64,000 nucleotides of DNA from Rhynchobatus australiae (lineage: Eukaryota), in the NCBI GenBank assembly GCA_034780895.1, contig JAUZTB010008443.1:1-64000 (forward strand), read 5' to 3'. Positions 62,290-64,000 of this stretch are shown here, one piece after another; within the stretch, counting starts at the first letter, position 1; every line of letters begins with the position of its first letter. The notes under the pieces are model-generated. The model had not been told where the DNA came from. It saw only the letters and a program-made list of their open reading frames with translations, and did not search any database. Both the position numbers and the translations under genes were made by a program.

Positions 62290-62463
62290 ATTTCTCCTTA
62301 AAGTAAAATTTGTAAATATAAAAGCAATATAACTTAATTATATTCCAATTTTGCTGCTTAAAAATTTAAATATCTTTATTTCCGGTAAGAATTATAAGTA
62401 TTTATTTATTGTATAAATATGAAAAAAATAATTATGAAAAAAATTTAAATATTAGTATAAATT

Positions 62464-63333
62464 TTATTTGATTGTGATTCTTTTCTTATCTGCGAATTGA
62501 TAATCCGTTAAATAAATAATTTTTTGCTCTTTACAAAATAGTTTGATTAAGGCTGGATGTTTATGAAACTGAGAATCAATTTTATCAAGTTTATCAACAG
62601 CAAAAAAAACTTTTAATCTTTTTTCTTGATAATAAGTAAAAGCACCAGGATTAGGATTGTAAGCTTTAATGTGATTAATTAATTTATCAGCTTCTCAATT
62701 TTGACTTTCAAAAAAAGCGTCTTCTTTTTTAAGTTTGGGACTTAAAGTTTTTAGTTGATGATTTTGTTCTTGGGGAATTAATTTTTTTTGATCTAAATTT
62801 ATTAGTCAATCTTTAATGTTTATTACAGCTAATTGAGAAAGTTTTTTAAAAAGTGTTGCTGAAGTGTCTGCTTCTTCAACACTTAGAGAACTTTGTGCCA
62901 CTACAGCGCCTGCATCCATTTCTTTAACCATTACCATTAAAGAAATGCCTGCTTCTTTATCGCCATTTAAAATTGTGTATTGAATCGGTGCTGCGCCTCG
63001 GTATTTTGGTAATAATGAGCCATGCACATTTAAAGGATATTTTTTAGCTAAATTGAGAATTTTGCTCGGTACAAACTGCCCATAAGATGCGCAGACAATA
63101 TAATCAAAATCAAGCTTTTTTAACTCATCATAAATAGTTGCTATTTTTTCTGGTTCATAAATTTTTATGTTCTTTTCTAAGGCCCAAGTTTTAACTACTC
63201 CTTGGTTAATTTTTTGACCACGATTTTGTGGTTTATCTGGTTGCGTAACTAGTCCACTAATCTCAAAATTATTAAATACTTCTTGAAATATGGGAAGCGC
63301 AAAGTCTCCTGTTCCTAATAATAAAATTTTCAT
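62464..63333 (-). CDS. fmt: Methionyl-tRNA formyltransferase
   Basis: GTGDFA, VTQPDKP, NVHGSLLPKYRGAAPIQ, MDAG. Confidence 0.96.
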
Positions 63334-64000
63334 TTAATTGGCCTCTAGTTCTAAGATTAAATCTCTTAATTCCGCCGCTCTTTCGTATTGCATTTTCTTA
63401 GCGGCATCATACATTTGTTTTCGTAAATTATTAATTGTTTCAGCTTTTGAAAGTTGATTTTTAGAATCGCGCTTTGATTGTTTTAAAAAGGCGTTGACGC
63501 TATTGGCAATGACACTACCTTGAATTGGCTCCGAAATAGCTTTGATAATAGTTTGCGGATTAATTTTATACTTTTGATTATGCTCAATTTGCAAAGCTCT
63601 TTTTTCTAAATTATCATCGATTGCTAATTGCATACTTTTACTAATTTTATCAGCATAAAAAATGACCCTTCCTTTATTGTTTCGTGCTGCGCGTCCGGTA
63701 ATTTGAATTAAACTGCGAGCATTACGAAAAAACGATTCATGATCTGCATCTAAGACAATTACTAAACTAACTTCGGGTAAATCAATGCCTTCGCGTAAAA
63801 GGTTAATACCAATCACAAGATCGTAAACCCCTTTTCGCAATTTGCGTAAGATTTCGTTTCTTTCAAAAGTTTTGTGTTCGCTATGAAGATAAGCTACTTT
63901 GAGATTGTGTTTTTGAAAATAGCGTGTTAACTCTTCAGCAAAGCGTTTTGTAGTCGTTAAAATTAAAGTTCTTTCTTTTTTGGCAATTTGCTTTTTAAGT
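63334..64000 (-). CDS. uvrB: Excinuclease ABC subunit B (3' part; gene starts beyond the window)
   Basis: [29 protein letters not shown]-terminal UVR domain YERAAELRD. Confidence 0.97.
   Translation of the reverse strand, partial: LKKQIAKKERTLILTTTKRFAEELTRYFQKHNLKVAYLHSEHKTFERNEILRKLRKGVYDLVIGINLLREGIDLPEVSLVIVLDADHESFFRNARSLIQITGRAARNNKGRVIFYADKISKSMQLAIDDNLEKRALQIEHNQKYKINPQTIIKAISEPIQGSVIANSVNAFLKQSKRDSKNQLSKAETINNLRKQMYDAAKKMQYERAAELRDLILELEAN

Overview
AT-rich mollicute (Mycoplasma-type) chromosome using genetic code 4 (TGA=Trp). The supplied ORF track splits most genes at in-frame TGA, so all coordinates below were re-read by hand with TGA as Trp. The left ~44 kb is a nutrient-foraging island. 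It holds a heptad-repeat coiled-coil gene, a complete minus-strand oppA-B-C-D-F operon and a DUF31/MIP-type serine-protease lipoprotein. It also holds an 830-aa orphan and a plus-strand operon (PDxFFG/HEXXH metalloprotease, a lipobox-less OppA, oppB, oppC and a fused oppD-oppF). Three tandem stand-alone OppA lipoprotein paralogs follow, then a galactokinase-family gene with substituted catalytic residues convergent on a MYORG-like GH31 glycosidase, and several kb of non-coding DNA. The right ~17 kb is housekeeping: dnaX-ybaB-recR-tmk-holB-tRNA-His-yneF-gyrA-PGM-like-tpx, then pdhB-pdhA-gap-fmt-uvrB on the minus strand. No CRISPR array, transposase or recombinase was seen.
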